Shown here: one piece after another, positions 21,289 to 25,206 of the stretch | Position numbering within the stretch: the stretch's first letter is position 1 | Layout of the letters: every line of letters begins with the position of its first letter | Assembly: GCA_001600815.1 (NCBI GenBank) | Contig: BCKZ01000003.1 | Span: forward strand, 1,585,912 to 1,611,117 | Origin: Alloascoidea hylecoeti | Lineage: Eukaryota | Reading direction: 5' to 3' | DNA length: 25,206 nt | The notes under the pieces: generated by a model | What the model saw: only the letters and a program-made list of their open reading frames with translations | Told to the model about the DNA's origin: nothing | The model's database searches: none | Program-made: the position numbers and the translations under genes

Positions 21289-22948
21289 CATAACGTACTG
21301 AAAGGTGGCCGGGGCAATGGTTAACCCAAACGGCATTACATTCCATTCAAAATGTCCATCTTTCGTCGTGAAACCTGTCTTTGCTCTATCTGCTTCATTT
21401 ATAACAATTTGGTGATAGCCAGGCATCAAGTCTAACTTCGAGAATACTTTCGCACCATGTAATTGATCTAGCAAGTCATTAATTACTGGTAAAGGGTACC
21501 TATTCTTAATCGTTTGGTTGTTCAGAAGCCTATAATCAACACATAATCTCATACTACCATCTTTCTTCTTTACAAATAACACTGGTGCCGAATATGGCGA
21601 CTGTGACCTGGATATTGACCCATTCTCCAACAGCTCTCTTAGCTGTCGTTGTAGTTCTTCATTATCCTTATACGACATTCTATAAGGAGCCCTAGCCGGT
21701 GGTTTAGACCCTTCCATTATATCTATGTTATGATAAAACTGGTGCTGTCTTTCCGGTACTCCTTTTGGTTGTATATTTGTCACAACATCTTCATATGCGC
21801 TCAGAAATTTGGGTAGCTCTGGTTCTAGATTTGTTGACTCTGCTACTTCGTTCACTTCCAACGGTTCTTGCCCTATGTCTTCAACTTTTAGTTGTACTCG
21901 TCCCCAACTGTTGTGTCTAATTTCCTTCAAAACTTCTGTCACACCAAGGATTTGGCACTTAACTGACTCAGGTTCATTACTTCTGAGGTTGCATTCACAG
22001 GTTCTACGATTAGTGAATATTCTGGTAAAATCTTTCAAAACTTTAAATACTTTATTACTTTCTTTAACTTCTTTAATACTTTCTCTTTTCTTTTCTATTT
22101 CTTTAGGTTTTTCTATTATTTCTCTAGATACAACAACACTTGGTTTTATATTTTTCATACTCTTGAAATCACATACATTATTTTTACATACGAATTTTCC
22201 TGCCACATTTTTCTTAATAATCAGGCCCTTTTCTCTGGGATTTGATTCTTCTTTTCCGTTGGAATCCTTTTTCTTTTCTAAATCAATTGTTTTTTTTCCA
22301 CTAACCATTGTGGGTCTTTTTGGGTTTTTATAATTTTTTTTGTTTTTTATATTTTTAACATTTTTTTCTATTTTTTCTGTGTTGTTGCTATCTTTCTCTA
22401 TTTTTTGGTAACATATTATCTTTTCTAGTTCTAATTCTGGGTCAGCACTCTGTTCCATATTCAAAATTCTCTTTGGGTCTCTTTCTAATCTTTCTTTAAA
22501 AATGAACGGTCTGCCTAAGTATACTTGGTGGCTAAGTCCTTCAGCTACCCAGAAGTGAATCTGCCAGTATCTGTCTTCATAGTTTAATTCTAACTTTACC
22601 ACACCTGTCACCGTCATTTCTTTACCCGATTGTGCTGTGTTCAATATTCTTGGGACACTTAACTGTCTGACCGCTCTAGAGGCTCCCACTAACTCAACTG
22701 TACTAACATCAATTAACATTGAAAAGCAACCCGAATCTATCAAACATGGGACTATGTTCCCATTGATTTTGAACGGAATTTCCTTTAACTTGCTGTTCAA
22801 AGGTAATTCTTCCTCGTTCTCTAGACCTAACTCGATTGATTCCTTGATGGTTTGTGCTATTGTGCTGGCCGTCGTGACTAATTTGTCTTCTTGTACCCGC
22901 CTCGGCATTACCCTTGGTTGGTTTGTCTGACTCTTAGCCTTGGACTGG

Positions 22949-23001
22949 GAACCTTTAGAACCAATATTAACGGTTCTTCTTAATATTGGTTGGCTTTTGG
23001 G
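22949..23001 (-). promoter_or_regulatory. -1 programmed ribosomal frameshift signal (slippery heptamer plus hairpin/pseudoknot)
   Basis: C CCA AAA in the gag frame (23001-22995). Stem AACCAATATTAA/TTAATATTGGTT. Loop GAACC is complementary to downstream GGTTC. Pol lies in the -1 frame. Confidence 0.8.
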
Positions 23002-23143
23002 CACTCTTGCTTCATGTGCCCTTTTTCATGGCAATGGTAACATCTACCGTCTCTTTTTAATACTTTTAGTTCCTTCCGCGTTAATCTCTTTCCTGGCATT
23101 AACGCTGTTACCGTCATTTCCGTATCGCCATCCGCATCGATTC
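22980..23143 (-). pseudogene. Gypsy gag C-terminal fragment (not in the ORF track)
   Basis: Translates as [53 protein letters not shown], with a CCHC knuckle. The upstream part is replaced by the repeat at 23144. Confidence 0.88.
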
Positions 23144-23238
23144 TTCTAACATGCGAAACTGAACCTCATGCCGTATTTACATACTATGTATTCCGCTGCC
23201 GTGAAGCATATTCATAGTTAATATATGCATCAATTCTC
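23144..23238 (+). repeat. Unclassified dispersed repeat, copy 1 (at least 95 bp)
   Basis: Identical to 25112-25206; truncates gag. Confidence 0.9.
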
Positions 23239-23791
23239 TTAATCACAACGGACTATGCAGTCCTATCCAAAACTTGAAATTTAAATTATTCCACCTCACC
23301 ATTAAAAATATTTATATATAAAATATGGAGAATAAATCTGGCATCCTAAGAATTATAATCATATATTTTAAAATTAGTTTATTATTTAGAATTGTGGATA
23401 GATGAGTATTTTTAGAATTAGTATACAAATATTGGTTTAACTATGAAGGTCTTACTCCTCGATAGTGTCTGAAAGTTACGTAATTTGTTAATATATATAT
23501 TAAAGACACCAATTGTGTGTGAATGAGTCAATATATTTGANATATTATTTTAAAATAAATTATTATTAAAGTATATCAATATTATNTATACACTGTAAAA
23601 TAATTTTGGATGATTATATGGGTGGTACTTGAATCTTTTATTTCGCTACATTTCTTAACTTTTGAAGTTTGCAAAAATATGTGGGGATTGCTTTTGCTCT
23701 GTTTTTTCGATGTCGTCGGACTGTTGTCTTGGTAATAAATTAGAAAACGTTCTATTTTTCCAAAAAGGTAGCGAATGTACGGGTGTAAGAG

Positions 23792-24066
23792 NNNNNNNNN
23801 NNNNNNNNNNNNNNNNNNNNNNNNNNNNNNNNNNNNNNNNNNNNNNNNNNNNNNNNNNNNNNNNNNNNNNNNNNNNNNNNNNNNNNNNNNNNNNNNNNNN
23901 NNNNNNNNNNNNNNNNNNNNNNNNNNNNNNNNNNNNNNNNNNNNNNNNNNNNNNNNNNNNNNNNNNNNNNNNNNNNNNNNNNNNNNNNNNNNNNNNNNNN
24001 NNNNNNNNNNNNNNNNNNNNNNNNNNNNNNNNNNNNNNNNNNNNNNNNNNNNNNNNNNNNNNNNNN
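23792..24066. other. Assembly gap (N run)
   Basis: Run of n. Confidence 1.
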
Positions 24067-25090
24067 CAAAATGAATTAAGAACTGCTGATTATAAACCTG
24101 TTTATTTGGAATTATTTTATAATGATAGACTCCAATTGTTGAAGTTATGGAAAGTGGAAATGATCGAATTATATAATTCTATTGGAAGTTATGGTTTGTT
24201 AATNATGATAAATTTAATTTGAATATTAATGTTATTAAACCAATTATTGGAGAAAAGATTAAAATTACAAAACAACAAATTGCAGAATTTATTCATAGTG
24301 TTGGGAATCGGTGAAACTTTTGCTCCAAAGGATTTTTCAAAATGTTGCTGGTTGCAAATGAATTATTAAATCATTATTTCCAAACAGATGTGTGTGTTAT
24401 CAAATTTTATTTTATTGTTTTAGTATGACTCCTGGTGCTGAACCTTTAAAAGATGGTGATATTGTTTCTTCAAAAGCAGAATTTAGAGCTGTTATTAATC
24501 AATCCAATGGTAGAGTTGTTGAAGTTTATGGTCCTATTTCGAGCAATAATTATAAACAATTTTACAAGAAATCATACTGCTTATGAAAATTCTTTTCAAA
24601 AAGTACAGGAACTCCAATGCAAATTACTTTATCAACTGCACAAGATGTTGCTTTTTTAAAATTAATACAATGATTTCTACTTGAATGTTGAAATTTTTGA
24701 ATAGGTCAAACTTTGACTTTTAGGTTAGATTTTAATATTTTCAGTGAAGTATCAACAGCTTGTCAAATTTTAGTTGAAATGTCTTCAAAAGAAATTATTC
24801 AAATTGGTACAGTTGATTATCTAGCTTCTGCATCTCATGGTAATCCAGCTATTGATGATTTTGAAGCAAATGATAACTTTATCGAAAAACTATTATGTTT
24901 GAAAATGCTATTCTTTTNACAACTTCTTCTGAAGCTTATGCTATTGTTTCTGGTGATCATAATCCAATTCATGTTTCTAGAGTGTTTTGTAGTATTCTCT
25001 GCAAATGATGTTGCTTTGCAATTAAGAGCTTANTTGAATTATTGTTGGTATGGTCTTATCTTATAATAATAGTTGGTTTTTCTAAGGATG
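24067..25090 (+). pseudogene. FAS1: Decayed fatty acid synthase beta-subunit fragment (dehydratase/MaoC region)
   Basis: Across shifting frames: TADYKPVYLEL, FYWKLW, MTPGAEPLKDGDIVSS, VINQSNGRVVEVYG, SFQKV, KEIIQIGTVDYLASASHGNP, AIVSGDHNPIHVSRVF, VGMVL. Collinear with fungal Fas1, with many indels and stops. Confidence 0.85.
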
Positions 25091-25111
25091 AAATCTTTAT
25101 TTATGATTTAA

Positions 25112-25206
25112 TTCTAACATGCGAAACTGAACCTCATGCCGTATTTACATACTATGTATTCCGCTGCCGTGAAGCATATTCATAGTTAATATATGCATCA
25201 ATTCTC
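25112..25206 (+). repeat. Unclassified dispersed repeat, copy 2 (runs off the window)
   Basis: Identical to 23144-23238; abuts the FAS1 relic. Confidence 0.9.

Larger units (their letters stand above)
18267..23001 (-). pseudogene. Gypsy pol (PR-RT-RH-IN), disrupted
   Basis: In-frame stops at 20394-20396 (LGLAN*YRRFI) and 19515-19517 (KTYL*LAKKYYW), plus an LTR insertion in RT at 20705-21288. All pieces restore a single frame. Confidence 0.92.
18081..23143 (-). mobile_element. Ty3/gypsy LTR retrotransposon, decayed and 5'-truncated
   Basis: Order is gag zinc knuckle, PR (LIDSG), RT ([14 protein letters not shown]), RNase H (TTDAC, REKEFMAV), integrase (H-H-C-C, SMDF, SDKD, GQTER, GPY), PPT, LTR. 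Confidence 0.95.

Noticed and set aside
18405..23149. Plus-strand ORFs over the gypsy element
   Set aside because: Antisense shadows of gag and pol.
15450..24222. ORFs made mostly of X (15450, 15458, 20808, 20816, 23662, 23752, 23775)
   Set aside because: Artefacts of translating N gaps.
1..25206. CRISPR array, rRNA or tRNA genes
   Set aside because: No repeat-spacer array, rRNA signature or cloverleaf with A and B boxes was seen.

Overview
AT-rich fungal nuclear DNA, most likely a budding yeast (Saccharomycotina); the taxon is inferred from the SOL1-like gene and the Ty3-like element. 1.5-7.6 kb: four compact intronless genes (a Q/G/P/Y-rich protein with an acidic heptad tail, 6-phosphogluconolactonase SOL1/2-like, an LMBR1-domain membrane protein, a PIG3-like quinone oxidoreductase). 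8.4-13.6 kb, with no assembly gap: a block that looks foreign, holding a 4-exon ATG22-like MFS gene with GTAAG donors and a frameshifted F-box/WD40 gene reminiscent of Glomeromycota families. Between these two genes is a solo LTR carrying a complete 386-bp non-coding mini-LTR element (TRIM: 91-bp LTRs, PBS, PPT, 5-bp TSD), and the empty site is visible in a second copy of the solo LTR at 16.4 kb. 15.3-25.2 kb: a nested retrotransposon cluster with a truncated Ty1/copia gag-PR, a decayed Ty3/gypsy element carrying a clear -1 frameshift slippery site and pseudoknot, solo LTRs, an unclassified repeat, a decayed FAS1 fragment and three N gaps. All family assignments come from motif recognition, not database searches.
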